Shown: piece by piece, positions 8,683 through 19,418 of the stretch
Layout: each line of letters opens with the position of its first letter
How positions within the stretch are numbered: position 1 is the stretch's first letter
NCBI GenBank assembly: GCA_035380245.1
Contig: DAOSXA010000002.1
Location: 268,625-332,624 of the forward strand
Direction of reading: 5' to 3'
Origin: Candidatus Zixiibacteriota bacterium
GTDB lineage: Bacteria > Zixibacteria > MSB-5A5 > GN15 > FEB-12
Length of the DNA: 64,000 nt
The notes under the pieces: generated by a model
Seen by the model: the letters and a program-made list of their open reading frames with translations, nothing else
What the model was told of the DNA's origin: nothing
The model's database searches: none
Position numbers and translations under genes: made by a program

Positions 8683-10251
8683 TTACTTGGCGTATTCGGT
8701 CGAACGTGTTTCGCGAATCACGGTGACTTTAATCTGTCCCGGATACTGCATTTCCCGCTCGATCTTGGCGGCAATATCGCTGGCGAGAATCTGGCTGGCG
8801 AGATCATCGACCGTCTCGTACTCGACAATCACCCGGATCTCACGACCGGCCTGAATCGCATACGCCTTCGACACTCCCTTGAAACTATCAGCCAGCTCTT
8901 CGAGCTGTTGCAAACGTTTGATGTAAGCTTCCAGCGGTTCGCGCCGCGCTCCGGGACGAGCCCCGGAGATGGCATCGGCCGCCTGAACCAGCACCGGGTA
9001 AGGACCGATCATCGGTACATCGCCGTGGTGTGATTCGATGGCGTTAATCACGTAATCGTTCTCTTTATAACGGCGCATGAAATCAGCGCCGATCTGAGTA
9101 TGTGTCCCCTCGGTTTCCCGGTCGATAGCCTTGCCGATATCGTGCAACAGACCCGATCGCTTGGCCAGCATATCGTCCAGTTCCAATTCGGCCGCCATCA
9201 AACCACAGAGCATGGCGACTTCCTTGGAGTGCGCCAGGACATTCTGCCCGTAAGATGTACGGAAATTCAGCTTACCCAGATTCTTTATCACTTCAGGATG
9301 GAGTCCGTGCACGCCCAATTCGAAACAGGCCTGCTCGCCTGCCTCACGAACGATTACCTCCATCTCTTTCTCGGCTTTTTCTACCACCTCTTCGATGCGT
9401 GTCGGATGGATACGACCATCGGTAATGAGCTTTTCCAGAGCCATACGTGCAATTTCACGGCGAACCGGATCGTAACCGGACAGAATCACCGCTTCGGGAG
9501 TATCGTCGACGATCACATCGATCCCGGTAGCGGTTTCGAAAGAGCGGATATTGCGTCCCTCACGGCCGATAATACGCCCCTTCATTTCATCATTGGGGAG
9601 ATTCACTACCGATACCGTAGTCTCCACGGTATGATCGGCAGCGCAACGATAAATAGCCGACAGAATGATTTCCTTGGCTTCTTTGTCGGCGTCAGCCTCA
9701 GCCTTTTCCTTGATTTCTTTTATATGTGCAGCCGCTTCGACCTTAGCCTGCGAGATCATATTATCCATGAGTTGCTTTTTGGCTTCTTCGGGAGTCATCT
9801 GAGCTATCTTCTGAAGTTTCTCGTTTTGACTCTCGATTATCTCATCCAACTCCGCCTCGCGGAAGGCTATCCCTTTTTCACGCTGATTGAGAGATTTTTC
9901 ACGTCCCGAAATTTCTTTCTCACGCACCTGAAGCATATCCAGCTTCTTAACTAACGAAGAGCTTTTCTCTTCCAGATCTTTCTGCAGCGCTTCGAGATTA
10001 TGTCGTTTGGTCTCCGCTTCCCGATCAAAATCGTTTTTCAGCTTCAGCCACTCTTCACGGGCTTCCAGAGCGGCTTCTTTTGTTTTTATCCGGGCCTGGT
10101 TTTCCGCCTCGGCAATGACGGCACGGGCTTTCTCGCGCGCATCTTCGATTTCGGCTCGATTGGATTTCTGGACCATGGAGCGAGTAACGAAGAAAGCGAC
10201 CAGCGCCACCACAACGGCCACGGCAGCAACCAGAATTACATTGGTTAACAT
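8683..10251 (-). CDS. rny: Ribonuclease Y
   Basis: 522 aa. N-terminal TM helix, long coiled coil, KH domain ([15 protein letters not shown]) and HD domain (LLHDIGKA...ESHHGD). Confidence 0.95.
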   Translation of the reverse strand: MLTNVILVAAVAVVVALVAFFVTRSMVQKSNRAEIEDAREKARAVIAEAENQARIKTKEAALEAREEWLKLKNDFDREAETKRHNLEALQKDLEEKSSSLVKKLDMLQVREKEISGREKSLNQREKGIAFREAELDEIIESQNEKLQKIAQMTPEEAKKQLMDNMISQAKVEAAAHIKEIKEKAEADADKEAKEIILSAIYRCAADHTVETTVSVVNLPNDEMKGRIIGREGRNIRSFETATGIDVIVDDTPEAVILSGYDPVRREIARMALEKLITDGRIHPTRIEEVVEKAEKEMEVIVREAGEQACFELGVHGLHPEVIKNLGKLNFRTSYGQNVLAHSKEVAMLCGLMAAELELDDMLAKRSGLLHDIGKAIDRETEGTHTQIGADFMRRYKENDYVINAIESHHGDVPMIGPYPVLVQAADAISGARPGARREPLEAYIKRLQQLEELADSFKGVSKAYAIQAGREIRVIVEYETVDDLASQILASDIAAKIEREMQYPGQIKVTVIRETRSTEYAK

Positions 10252-10363
10252 CTACAACCTCCCGCCGAGAGATACTCCCGGCGACAATCTATGTATGAAA
10301 GCAATATGGAAAGGAGAACGACAACCGGATAAAGGCAGCGTTCAGGAGCTTAACTAACGTTGA

Positions 10364-10666
10364 TCATTCAGAGGCCAGCGCCTTATTGAGACGTGACAAT
10401 ATGTCGTCGGCACTGCCGTCAATCTCTGTCCCGAACTCGACTTGACGATCCTGAAGTTCCAGGAGTTCGGAGGCAATTGACATTGCGGCCAGAATAGCCA
10501 CTCGGTCACGGCTCTTCACCCGTGATTGAGAGGCTAATTCTTTCATCCTCTTATCAACGTAGTCGGCGACCCTTGACATGTATGCTGGATCCAAAGCACC
10601 CGTAATAGGGTATTCTTCACCAAATATATGAACCACTACTTTATTCTCGTCACAAGGATCAGACAT
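10364..10666 (-). CDS. zapA: Cell division protein ZapA
   Basis: 100 aa. Pattern VHIFGEEYPITG...YVDKRMKEL...VAILAAMSIASELLE matches ZapA/YshA. It is positioned near pheT, as in Bacillus. Confidence 0.8.
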   Translation of the reverse strand: MSDPCDENKVVVHIFGEEYPITGALDPAYMSRVADYVDKRMKELASQSRVKSRDRVAILAAMSIASELLELQDRQVEFGTEIDGSADDILSRLNKALASE

Positions 10667-10761
10667 GGTAGCCCTGATAAATACCTAATCGGTCGTATTT
10701 CCTATCCTGCTAATTCCCAAGAAATTACGAGCGAGAGAGGGTTAAAGTCAATAAAAAAATG

Positions 10762-11007
10762 TCAGTCCAGAGACTCCAGCTCACCCAGGCGATTCAACAC
10801 CGTCTGTAACTTGGTTCTTACAGCGTTGGTTTGATCGGTGTGTTCAAGCTTAAGGGTACTGAAATCTTTCTCCAGGCGATCGTAAACCGCTCTCAAGTTG
10901 CTGTTTTCCTGCTTAAGTGAACGATTTTCGACTTTGAGGTGCTCCATATCGGTCAGGAGTTTTTCGAGATTCGCTGAAATCTGCTGGAGTTTCTCGCTGG
11001 TACTCAT
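10762..11007 (-). CDS. ZapB-like 81-aa coiled-coil protein
   Basis: Heptad-rich sequence (LEKLLTDMEHLKVENRSLKQENSNLRAV...). Same length and pattern as ZapB-type coiled coils. Overlaps the pheT stop by 4 nt and precedes zapA. Confidence 0.45.
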   Translation of the reverse strand: MSTSEKLQQISANLEKLLTDMEHLKVENRSLKQENSNLRAVYDRLEKDFSTLKLEHTDQTNAVRTKLQTVLNRLGELESLD

Positions 11008-13394
11008 TTATCCCTCACCTCGGCATTAAAGTCACGCTTTAAACGTTCCACTACAATCTTTTGCGTTGCATCAACTTCATCGTGAGATAAACTGCGATCG
11101 GCTGAACGATACGTAACGCTTAAAGCGATTGATTTTTTATCCTTATCGATTTGTTCACCTTGATAAAGGTCAAATATCTCAACCGATTCGGCCAATTCGC
11201 CGGCAGCTTCACGGACGGAATTGACAATATCCCCCGCATTGATCGTTCGTTTCACCACGATAGCCAGATCGCGGGGGGCGGCGGGATAAATCGGCAAAGG
11301 CTTATATTCACTCAGACCTTTACAAGCTTCGAGAAGCGGTAGTAGCTTCATTTCCGCAGCCAGCACGGTCTCTTTTACACCACCGGCTTTTGCTGCTTTA
11401 CGATCAATCAATCCAATCCAGCCAACCTCAGCCTTTCCCAACATGAGCTTGTACGATAGTGACGAATCCAGCCAACCGAAATCAGCCGGCTCGTACCTCA
11501 AATCGCTCCAGCCGAAGTGTTCCGACAACGCTTGCACCGCACCGGCCATATCATAGAAATCAAGATCACGCGGTTTATCTCTCCAGGTGGCTTCAGTACG
11601 TCCGGACAGCAACAGGCTCAATCGCTCTTCTTCAATCCAGTCATCTTCATCCGGTGTACCGGGGAAATAGACTTTGCCTATTTCAAACAATCGAAGATCC
11701 ATATTTCGGTGCGACACGTTATGCCGTACCACTTCCAGCCCGGATTGGAGCAACATGGTCCGCATTACATCCAGATCCTCCGAACTCGGGTTGGTTATTT
11801 TTACCGGGTCCGTATCCGGAGAGATTTTACTTACCAATACAGAGTGCACCAGTCCATGAGTCAGCATTTCATCGAATCCGGAGGCAGTCATTATCTGACG
11901 AATCTCGCGACGGAATCGATCAATCGGAAGGATCGGAGTAAACAACGGTCCGATGCTTGTATGCGAGTCGGGGACAGCATCGAATCCATCTATTCGGACA
12001 ATTTCTTCGATCAGGTCGATTTCTTTTTCGATATCGGGACGAAACGTGGGAACCGTCACTTCCAGGGGATCGCTTCCTTCAACCTCGAACTCGAGCAATC
12101 TGAAGATCTCATGCATCCGGTCGGGATCAATGGTGGTTCCGAGGATGTCATTGCATCGCCGGGGCCGGAAGTTAATTTTCTTGCGCTCGATTTTTTCCGG
12201 GTAGCAATCGACAACCCCCTCAAGCACCTGCCCACCGGCAAGCTGCTGGAACAGCGACGCTGCGCGGTCGACAGCCCAGTCAATACCACCGTTCGGATCG
12301 GCTCCTTTTTCAAACCGTTGTGAAGATTCCGTTACCAATCCCAGGTGTCTGCGGCTGCGACGGATCATCGATGGGTCGAAATAGGCGGCTTCCAGCAGCA
12401 AATTGACAGTGTCGTCCTCGACTTCGGAATTGAGTCCCCCCATTACACCGGCGGCTGCGACGCCATCTTCACCGTTGGTAATAAGCAGCACATCATCAAT
12501 AAGCAGATGTTCTTCACCGTCGAGTGTAGTGAATTTCTCTCCCTCGGCGGCACGGCGCACCACAACCTTATCACTTCCGAATCGATCCAGATCGAAAGCA
12601 TGCAGCGGGTGACCGCACTCGAGCATCACCAGGTTTGAGATATCGACGATATTGTTAATCGGCCGCATACCGGCGATTATCAATTTCTTCTTGATCCACC
12701 AGGGAGACTCGGCCACTTTGACGCCCCTGATAACACGAGCGGCATAACGCGGACAACGCTCTATGTCATCAATCTCAACGGAAATGTAGTCCGAAGCCTT
12801 CTCGTCCGACTCTTCCAGATTGATTTCCGGTTTGATTAGAGTTGTCTTGGCCAGCACCGCCAGATCACGGGCAATTCCAATCGCCGACATGGAGTCAGGA
12901 CGATTCGGGGTTAGCTCAAAGGTAAGCTGAAAATCATCGAAGTCTAGGTAGTCGACAAGCGGCGTCCCCGGGATTGCGTCTTCTCCCAGCACCATAATAC
13001 CGCGGTGGTCATCACTAAGTCCCAGCTCGCGTTCGGAGCAAATCATGCCGCAGGATTCTACCCCGCGTATTTTTGCCTTTTTAATGACGATATCTCCGGC
13101 CAGCCTGGCTCCCAGCATTGCCAGCGGGACTTTTTGCCCTTTGGCTACATTCGGAGCACCACAGACAACATCCATAGTCCCGGAGCCGTTGTTTACCGTC
13201 GCCAGTCGGATTTTGTCTGCTCCCTCGATCGGTTTAAGATCGAGGACTTCGGCCACCACCACCTTATCCATGTAAACTGCGGTCGGTTCTACATATTCAC
13301 AGGCCGTGCCGCACAGCGTCAGGCGATCCGCGACCTCGTCGACCGACCAGTCCAGCCCGGTCAGCTCCATGAGCCATTTATAGGAAATCTTCAT
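11004..13394 (-). CDS. pheT: Phenylalanine--tRNA ligase beta subunit
   Basis: 796 aa. tRNA-binding N-terminus (MKISYKWL...), then B3/4, B5 and FDX-ACB regions. Directly downstream of pheS. Confidence 0.95.
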   Translation of the reverse strand: MKISYKWLMELTGLDWSVDEVADRLTLCGTACEYVEPTAVYMDKVVVAEVLDLKPIEGADKIRLATVNNGSGTMDVVCGAPNVAKGQKVPLAMLGARLAGDIVIKKAKIRGVESCGMICSERELGLSDDHRGIMVLGEDAIPGTPLVDYLDFDDFQLTFELTPNRPDSMSAIGIARDLAVLAKTTLIKPEINLEESDEKASDYISVEIDDIERCPRYAARVIRGVKVAESPWWIKKKLIIAGMRPINNIVDISNLVMLECGHPLHAFDLDRFGSDKVVVRRAAEGEKFTTLDGEEHLLIDDVLLITNGEDGVAAAGVMGGLNSEVEDDTVNLLLEAAYFDPSMIRRSRRHLGLVTESSQRFEKGADPNGGIDWAVDRAASLFQQLAGGQVLEGVVDCYPEKIERKKINFRPRRCNDILGTTIDPDRMHEIFRLLEFEVEGSDPLEVTVPTFRPDIEKEIDLIEEIVRIDGFDAVPDSHTSIGPLFTPILPIDRFRREIRQIMTASGFDEMLTHGLVHSVLVSKISPDTDPVKITNPSSEDLDVMRTMLLQSGLEVVRHNVSHRNMDLRLFEIGKVYFPGTPDEDDWIEEERLSLLLSGRTEATWRDKPRDLDFYDMAGAVQALSEHFGWSDLRYEPADFGWLDSSLSYKLMLGKAEVGWIGLIDRKAAKAGGVKETVLAAEMKLLPLLEACKGLSEYKPLPIYPAAPRDLAIVVKRTINAGDIVNSVREAAGELAESVEIFDLYQGEQIDKDKKSIALSVTYRSADRSLSHDEVDATQKIVVERLKRDFNAEVRDK

Positions 13395-13397
13395 ATC

Positions 13398-14417
13398 TTA
13401 CAGAAACTGCCTGAGGAATCGAATATCATTGTTGAAGAACAATCGGATATCGTTGATCCGATACTTAAGCATCGCCGGACGCGCCACACCGGTTCCGAAA
13501 GCGTATCCGGAGTATTTCTCTGAGTCGATACCGGCATTTTCGAGTACATTCGGATGAATCATCCCGCAACCGAGAATCTCCAGCCAGCCGGATTGCTTAC
13601 AAACACGACAACCCTTGCCGCGGCAGAGGAAACATTGAATGTCTACCTCGGCACTCGGTTCCGTGAACGGGAAATATGACGGACGAAATTTCAGCTTCAG
13701 ACCGGGACCGAAATAGGCTCGGCAAAAAGCCACCAGGGCACCCTTCATATCCGACAGCGTAACGCCTTCATCTACGAGAAAACCATCGACTTGATGAAAT
13801 GCAACATGAGAACGAGTCGAAATGGCTTCATTGCGGAATACCATCCCGGGGGTAATCATCTTGATCGGCGGCTTGCGCTTCTCCAGCATACGGGCCTGAA
13901 CCGGCGTCGTATGTGTGCGCAGTACCCGGCCGCCTTCGACAAACAGGGTATCCTGCATGTCGCGAGCCGGATGATCCGGTTTGAAATTCAACGCCTCGAA
14001 ATTGTAATAATCAGTCTCGACATCGGGACCGTAGGCAATTTCGAATCCCATTCCATGGAACACCTCGCAGATATCCGCAAGGGTCTGATTCAGAAGGTGC
14101 ATCGCTCCGCGACGGGGAATCGTTCCGGGCAAAGTCGGATCGAATTCATTCGTTGAGGATGCTTTTTCGAGGTTACTCCAGGACTCTTTAATCAATCCTT
14201 CCAGTTCCGACCGCAACTGGTTGGCTTCCGCACCGACCTCCTTGCGTTCATCCCCGGTCAAGTCCTTAAGTCCTTTAAGAATCGCCGTCAGGCGACCCTT
14301 TCGACCAAGATACTCTACCTTAAGGTCATTAAGCACTTCGAGCGAATCAGCAAGGCCGATTCGCTCGAGAGCTTCTGACTTCAATTTTTGAACGTCATCA
14401 AGTAGTGACATATACAC
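13398..14417 (-). CDS. pheS: Phenylalanine--tRNA ligase alpha subunit
   Basis: 339 aa. Class II aaRS motifs (HPARDMQDTLF; FRNEAISTRSH; GFAFGTGVARPAML). Confidence 0.95.
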   Translation of the reverse strand: MYMSLLDDVQKLKSEALERIGLADSLEVLNDLKVEYLGRKGRLTAILKGLKDLTGDERKEVGAEANQLRSELEGLIKESWSNLEKASSTNEFDPTLPGTIPRRGAMHLLNQTLADICEVFHGMGFEIAYGPDVETDYYNFEALNFKPDHPARDMQDTLFVEGGRVLRTHTTPVQARMLEKRKPPIKMITPGMVFRNEAISTRSHVAFHQVDGFLVDEGVTLSDMKGALVAFCRAYFGPGLKLKFRPSYFPFTEPSAEVDIQCFLCRGKGCRVCKQSGWLEILGCGMIHPNVLENAGIDSEKYSGYAFGTGVARPAMLKYRINDIRLFFNNDIRFLRQFL

Positions 14418-14427
14418 CCACTACCGA

Positions 14428-14778
14428 TCAGTTCTCGGCCGCGATCTTGACCAGGTTCTCAAACGTAGTCAGATCACGGGCGGCGATATCCGCCAGCGCC
14501 TTGCGGTCCAGGTCAACACCAGCCTTCTTGAGACCGTTCATGAAACTGGAATAGTTGGTCCCGTACATTCTGGCCGCAGCATTGATGCGAGCTATCCAGA
14601 GAGCGCGGAAGACCCTCTTCTTGGCACGGCGGTCGCGATAGGCATATTTGAGGCCCTTGCGAACCGTTTCCAGCGCGGTCCGATAGAGTTTACTCCGAGC
14701 GTTGAAGTTACCGCGCGCCTTTTTCAACACCTTTTTATGGCGACGATGTGCGGCAACACTGTTCATTGCACGTGGCAT
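14428..14778 (-). CDS. rplT: 50S ribosomal protein L20
   Basis: 116 aa. MPRA...[13 protein letters not shown]...YRDRRAKKR is typical of L20. Confidence 0.95.
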   Translation of the reverse strand: MPRAMNSVAAHRRHKKVLKKARGNFNARSKLYRTALETVRKGLKYAYRDRRAKKRVFRALWIARINAAARMYGTNYSSFMNGLKKAGVDLDRKALADIAARDLTTFENLVKIAAEN

Positions 14779-14810
14779 AACATTAACTCCTTACCAAATC
14801 CGGTCACCGC

Positions 14811-15008
14811 TTACCCGTTGGGTAACAGTGAAGTGATACGCGACATGTCGGCGCTGGAAATCAAGCCGGACTTGCGCAGTTTACGTACACGCTTGGGGCC
14901 CTTCTTACGCATCAGATGGCTTCGATAGGCTTTGCTTCTCTTGAGCTTGCCCGAAGCAGTGCGCTTGAAGCGTTTGGCTGCCCCTTTGTGAGTTTTAATC
15001 TTCGGCAT
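14811..15008 (-). CDS. rpmI: 50S ribosomal protein L35
   Basis: 65 aa. [24 protein letters not shown] is typical of L35. Confidence 0.95.
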   Translation of the reverse strand: MPKIKTHKGAAKRFKRTASGKLKRSKAYRSHLMRKKGPKRVRKLRKSGLISSADMSRITSLLPNG

Positions 15009-15052
15009 GGGCCTTTCTCTTACGGTTGTCGGCTGTCTACACAGCCACTGCT

Positions 15053-15688
15053 CTATTGGTCATCGTCAACCGTCGACACAACTTCCTCCGATTCGGAGGA
15101 ATCTGTATCTTCGGCTTTTTTCTTCTCTTTTTGCCCCTGCTTGTCGCCCGACTTATCCTTCAGTTGCTTGACAACTTCCGGTTTCGGACTCAGAATCATC
15201 GCCATATGACGCCCTTCCTGTTTGGGGGGGACATCGATGATGGCTATTTCGGCCATATCCTCGGCGACTCGATCCAGCAGTTCTCGGCCTCTTTCCGTGT
15301 AAGCCATTTCGCGCCCGCGAAACATGACATACGTCCGGACCTTGGCGCCCGACATGAGAAACTCACGAACATGGTTCAATTTGAACTGATAGTCATGTTC
15401 GTCAATTTTAGGCCGGTAGCGCATCTCTTTCATCTGAAAGCTATGCTGCCGTTTCTTCGCGGCCTTCTCTTTTTTCGACTGCTCGTACTTGTACTTCCCG
15501 TAGTCGAGAATTCGACAGACGGGCGGACGGCTGTTCGGTGAAACCTCAACGAGGTCCAGACCGTATTCAACCGCTCGATCCATGGCTTCCTTTATAGGGA
15601 CAATCCCTAGCTGTTCTCCCTCGGGCCCGATAAGCCTGACGGGTGAAACACGGATACGGTGATTGACCCGCGGTTCCTTAGTACTTAT
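15053..15688 (-). CDS. infC: Translation initiation factor IF-3 (non-canonical ATA start)
   Basis: The track ORF (from 15583) lacks the conserved N-domain start. The same frame continues upstream as [35 protein letters not shown], the canonical IF-3 N-terminus. It begins at ATA (15686-15688), 5 nt after AGGAGG. Confidence 0.85.
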   Translation of the reverse strand: MSTKEPRVNHRIRVSPVRLIGPEGEQLGIVPIKEAMDRAVEYGLDLVEVSPNSRPPVCRILDYGKYKYEQSKKEKAAKKRQHSFQMKEMRYRPKIDEHDYQFKLNHVREFLMSGAKVRTYVMFRGREMAYTERGRELLDRVAEDMAEIAIIDVPPKQEGRHMAMILSPKPEVVKQLKDKSGDKQGQKEKKKAEDTDSSESEEVVSTVDDDQ

Positions 15689-15712
15689 GAGTCCCTCCTG
15701 TCAAAGCGAATA

Positions 15713-17644
15713 CTAATGTTTCTTCTCCAATCCTTTCGAGGCGACTTCCGCCTGTAATTTTTCAATCGCTTCAGCCACGGTCAAAGTACCCTGATCACCG
15801 ACACCGTGTTGACGTACCGAGACCTTGTCCTCGGCCGCTTCACGTTTACCTACGACAAACATATACGGTACTTTGATCATCTCGGCATCACGTATTTTTG
15901 CGCCCACCTTCTCGGACCTCTCGTCCAGTTCGGCGCGCAAACCGGCCTGTTTGAGACGATCCACAACCGTCTCACCATAATCGTTAAGCTCATCGGTAAT
16001 CGGTAACACCTTGACCTGAACCGGAGCCAGCCAGAGCGGGAAATTCCCGGCATGGTGCTCCACCAGGCAACCGAAGAACCTTTCAATCGAACCCAGTAAC
16101 GCCCGATGAATCATGAAGGGGCGCTGCTGTTGGCCGTCCGCGCCAATATAATGCAGGTCAAACCTTTCCGGCAAGGAAAAATCAAACTGGATGGTCGAAC
16201 ATTGCCATGACCGATTGAGGGCGTCCTTGATCTTGATGTCGATCTTGGGGCCGTAAAAAGCACCGCCGCCTTCATCGACACTGAACTCCAGACCAGCCTT
16301 CTTCAAGGCTGCTTTGAGCCCCTCCTGGGCCCTGTCCCAATCTTTGGGATCGCCGATCGCCTTCTCCGGACGAGTCGACAGGAATATCTCATAATCCGTG
16401 AAACCGAACGAACTTAGAATGTGCACACAGAAATTCAGCAGCCAGACCAGCTCGTCTTCCATTCCCTCCTGGGTGACGAAATGGTGAGCATCATCCTGAG
16501 TGAAACCGCGTACGCGCATCAGGCCGTGCAGCACATCTCCCCGCTCGAAACGATACACCGTTCCGAGCTCCGCCCAACGTAACGGCAGGTCGCGATAAGA
16601 CCACAAACGAGTCTTATACATCGAAATATGGAACGGGCAGTTCATCGGCTTGAGCTGGAACAGCCGTCCCTCCACCTCCATCGGGCTGAACATATCATCC
16701 GAATAAAAACCGGTATGACCGGACTGCTCCCAGAGCTTCAAATTAGCCACGTGAGGCGAGAAAACGAGATCGTATCCGGCCTTAAAATGCTCTTCGCGCC
16801 AGAAGTTTTCGATTTCATTCCGAACTCGCGCGCCTCTAGGCATCCACAGAACCAGGCCGGCGCCGACATCTTCGTTGATGGTAAACAACTCAAGCTGTTT
16901 ACCCAACAAGCGATGGTCGCGTTTTTTGGCTTCTTCGAGCCGATGCAGGTACTCGTCAAGCATTTTCTGCTTGGGAAACGAAACCCCGTAAATCCGCTGA
17001 AGCATCGGGCGGTTCTCGTCTCCGCGCCAGTAAGCCGCGGAACTGGAGATCAGCTTAAAGGCCTTTATTAGACCGGTGCGCGGGATATGAGGACCGCGAC
17101 AAAGGTCTTTGAATCTTGATTGCGTGTAGAAACTGACCGTATCGTCGGGAATATCCTCGAGTAACTCGACCTTATAGTCAGCCCCGGCCGCAGCATACTC
17201 TTTGATAGCTTCTTTTCGGTTTTTTTCTACACGGCAGAAGGGAGCATCCTCGGCGATGATCTCGGCCATACGTTTTTCAATCGCCTCGAGATCCTCAGGT
17301 GAAAACGGGCGGTCAACATCGAAATCGTAATACCAGCCTTCATCGATAGACGGGCCAATTGCCAGCTTGGCGTTCGGGAACAGCTCCACCACTGCCTGAG
17401 CCATGATATGTGAGCTTGAATGCCACATGACCTGGCGCCCTTCGGGCTGGTCGAAAGTCAATATCTCAAGGCCGGCGTCTGCGGTAATCGGCGTAGTCGT
17501 GTCGGTCACCTGGCCGTTGATTTTCACTGCCAGCGCCGCCTTAGCCAATCCCGAAGAAATTGAGGCGGCGACTTCCTGCCCGGTCACACCAGCGTCAAAT
17601 TGCCGCCGGGACCCGTCCGGGAAAGTAATCGTTACCTGCGCCAT
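15713..17644 (-). CDS. thrS: Threonine--tRNA ligase
   Basis: 643 aa. TGS N-terminus, editing-domain region, class II core (FQLKPMNCPFH; RVRGFTQDDAH) and an anticodon-binding C-terminus. Confidence 0.95.
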   Translation of the reverse strand: MAQVTITFPDGSRRQFDAGVTGQEVAASISSGLAKAALAVKINGQVTDTTTPITADAGLEILTFDQPEGRQVMWHSSSHIMAQAVVELFPNAKLAIGPSIDEGWYYDFDVDRPFSPEDLEAIEKRMAEIIAEDAPFCRVEKNRKEAIKEYAAAGADYKVELLEDIPDDTVSFYTQSRFKDLCRGPHIPRTGLIKAFKLISSSAAYWRGDENRPMLQRIYGVSFPKQKMLDEYLHRLEEAKKRDHRLLGKQLELFTINEDVGAGLVLWMPRGARVRNEIENFWREEHFKAGYDLVFSPHVANLKLWEQSGHTGFYSDDMFSPMEVEGRLFQLKPMNCPFHISMYKTRLWSYRDLPLRWAELGTVYRFERGDVLHGLMRVRGFTQDDAHHFVTQEGMEDELVWLLNFCVHILSSFGFTDYEIFLSTRPEKAIGDPKDWDRAQEGLKAALKKAGLEFSVDEGGGAFYGPKIDIKIKDALNRSWQCSTIQFDFSLPERFDLHYIGADGQQQRPFMIHRALLGSIERFFGCLVEHHAGNFPLWLAPVQVKVLPITDELNDYGETVVDRLKQAGLRAELDERSEKVGAKIRDAEMIKVPYMFVVGKREAAEDKVSVRQHGVGDQGTLTVAEAIEKLQAEVASKGLEKKH

Positions 17645-17717
17645 AACCTATTCCTTCTAACAGCGTAAACGCGGATTTCAACCGTCCTTTCGTTCGGCTG
17701 CAACCCGCTTTCTTAAA

Positions 17718-17794
17718 TGGTGGGCGATACTGGAATCGAACCAGTGACCCCTTGCATGTCAAGCAAGTACTCTAACCATCTGAGCTAATCGCCC
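17718..17794 (-). tRNA. tRNA-Val (anticodon GAC), CCA encoded
   Basis: Hand-folded cloverleaf. Acceptor GGGCGAT/ATCGCCC, anticodon stem CTTGC/GCAAG with loop TTGACAT, T-arm ACTGG-TTCGATT-CCAGT, 3' ACCA. Confidence 0.9.
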
Positions 17795-17842
17795 GACCCA
17801 ACCAGTAGCACCGAAGCACTACCCAACTATGTAGAGCATAAC

Positions 17843-17870
17843 AAAATATGCGAGTTAAGGCAGTTGTCAA
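17843..17870 (-). promoter_or_regulatory. Sigma70-type promoter for tRNA-Val (and possibly thrS)
   Basis: Minus strand reads TTGACA-N16-TATTTT, about 40 nt upstream of the tRNA 5' end. Confidence 0.45.
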
Positions 17871-18004
17871 GCCCTAATTGAGCCTGTTTGATGAAATAAT
17901 CGAATTGTGACTCAACAGGTTACGACCGCTCTGCAGCCTCCGATCAATAGTCGGTGTTCTCTTCGAAACACCCCTTCTAAATCGGCCGACTAAACAGACC
18001 GGCT

Positions 18005-18898
18005 TTAACCTATACCAACCATTTGCATGAACGTCTCGGCTTTGGAATATTCTTCTTTTAGCATTTCCGAAAAAGCCACGAGATCATCCGCCTGGAGATT
18101 CATATACTCGAGCACGCCGTCGGCCACATTACCAATCTGATTCGCCTGCTGGACGTGATCATAAAAAGTCCATTTGGCTACGTAGTTGGCCAGATGCACG
18201 ATATAAGCGATCGGTGAGTCATCTTCCGATAATTGCGGAACATGGTGGCAGGTTATCGCTTCTCTCAGCTTATGCGGAAGTTTCCATTGAGCAGCCAACA
18301 CTCCGCCGACCTGAGCATGCGAGTATCCCAACACCAGTTCTTCCAGTTGAACATCGGCCGTATCGGGATTGTTTTCACGAGCCGTCTGAATAGCCAGGAA
18401 TTCATCCGGGAGGAAACATGAAATTACCAATTTGCCTACATCATGAAGCAAACCGGCCGAAAAGGCTGAATCCGGGTCGACGATTCCGCGAGATTTCACT
18501 CGCCGCGCCAACAGCCGACAGCAAAAGGCTGTTGCCAGCGAATGGCGCCAGAACGATTCCTGGTACTCCTGATCGATATTGTCGCTCTTGAACATATCCA
18601 ACACCGATGCCGACAACACCAGGTTCTTGACCGCTTCCATCCCGACAATCTGTACCGCCTGTTTCACCGATTCAATTTCACGAGCCAGGCCGTAGAACGC
18701 CGAGTTGGTGAGCTTGAGCACCTTCACCGACATAGCCGGATCCTCGGCTAAAACCGCGGCAACCTGGACTGCTGAAGAATTTGGATCGTTTATGACCTTC
18801 TGTATCTGGTGAAACACAATCGGCGGTGTGGGCAGATTCCGGATATTCTGCACCACCGACTTCACTTTGTTGTCAACTGTGGCCCCATCAACTGTCAT
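18005..18898 (-). CDS. HDOD-domain signalling protein
   Basis: 297 aa. LPTPPIVFHQIQKVINDPNSSAVQVAAVLAEDPAMSVKVLKLTNSAFYGL plus a degenerate HD region (LLHDVGK) is typical of HDOD. Confidence 0.8.
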   Translation of the reverse strand: MTVDGATVDNKVKSVVQNIRNLPTPPIVFHQIQKVINDPNSSAVQVAAVLAEDPAMSVKVLKLTNSAFYGLAREIESVKQAVQIVGMEAVKNLVLSASVLDMFKSDNIDQEYQESFWRHSLATAFCCRLLARRVKSRGIVDPDSAFSAGLLHDVGKLVISCFLPDEFLAIQTARENNPDTADVQLEELVLGYSHAQVGGVLAAQWKLPHKLREAITCHHVPQLSEDDSPIAYIVHLANYVAKWTFYDHVQQANQIGNVADGVLEYMNLQADDLVAFSEMLKEEYSKAETFMQMVGIG

Positions 18899-19361
18899 CT
18901 TCTATCTCATTATGCTGTGGCTTAGAACCTTCGAATTCATCCGCCAGTTTCTGAGCTATTATTTCCTTAACCGAACGGGACTCATAAAAGCCTTCTGCGA
19001 TTCGTTGCTGCACTAACTCCAACCGAGAGACTCTCCCATAGCCTGAGGTGGATTCCGCCAGCCCTTTGTTTGATCGGGCAACGGCCAGACTATCGGCCAG
19101 GCTATCATAGAGTTGTGCTTCTTCAGCAGCAGTTTCAACCGCATCAACGGTCCCGGCGGCATAGCTGTCACACTGGTTGTCGGTAATAAGGGATAAGTCT
19201 GCCAGGTCGGCAAGTTCGGCACGTGTCTGCGTCCGAATATACTTGTCTTCTACGACCTGTCGGTCTTCTACCCCTTTTTGCCTTGCGGGACTGTCGCAGG
19301 TCCCCTTTCTCAAAGACTCGTTGTTCTGAACCGGTCCTATCTCCATCTTTTCACCTTCCAT
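18888..19361 (-). CDS. flgM: Anti-sigma-28 factor FlgM-like protein
   Basis: 157 aa, low-complexity N-terminal half. The C-terminal LVQQRIAEGFYESRSVKEIIAQKLADEF matches the FlgM sigma28-binding helix pattern (I..G.Y.v....IA.KL). Located next to a FlgN-family gene. Confidence 0.6.
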   Translation of the reverse strand: MEGEKMEIGPVQNNESLRKGTCDSPARQKGVEDRQVVEDKYIRTQTRAELADLADLSLITDNQCDSYAAGTVDAVETAAEEAQLYDSLADSLAVARSNKGLAESTSGYGRVSRLELVQQRIAEGFYESRSVKEIIAQKLADEFEGSKPQHNEIEDDS

Positions 19362-19418
19362 TTCCCATTGGTGGTGATTCGATCTCTTTTCAGTATTGAT
19401 TACAACGCCTCCACCGCC

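Noticed and set aside
17975-18005. TAAAG-N16-GCCGATTT immediately after the HDOD stop, considered as a possible sigma28 promoter upstream of tRNA-Val and thrS.
   Set aside because: The spacer is 2 nt longer than in the three better sigma28 candidates (TAAA-N17 against N14-15). A flagellar sigma factor driving tRNA-Val and thrS is also biologically implausible.
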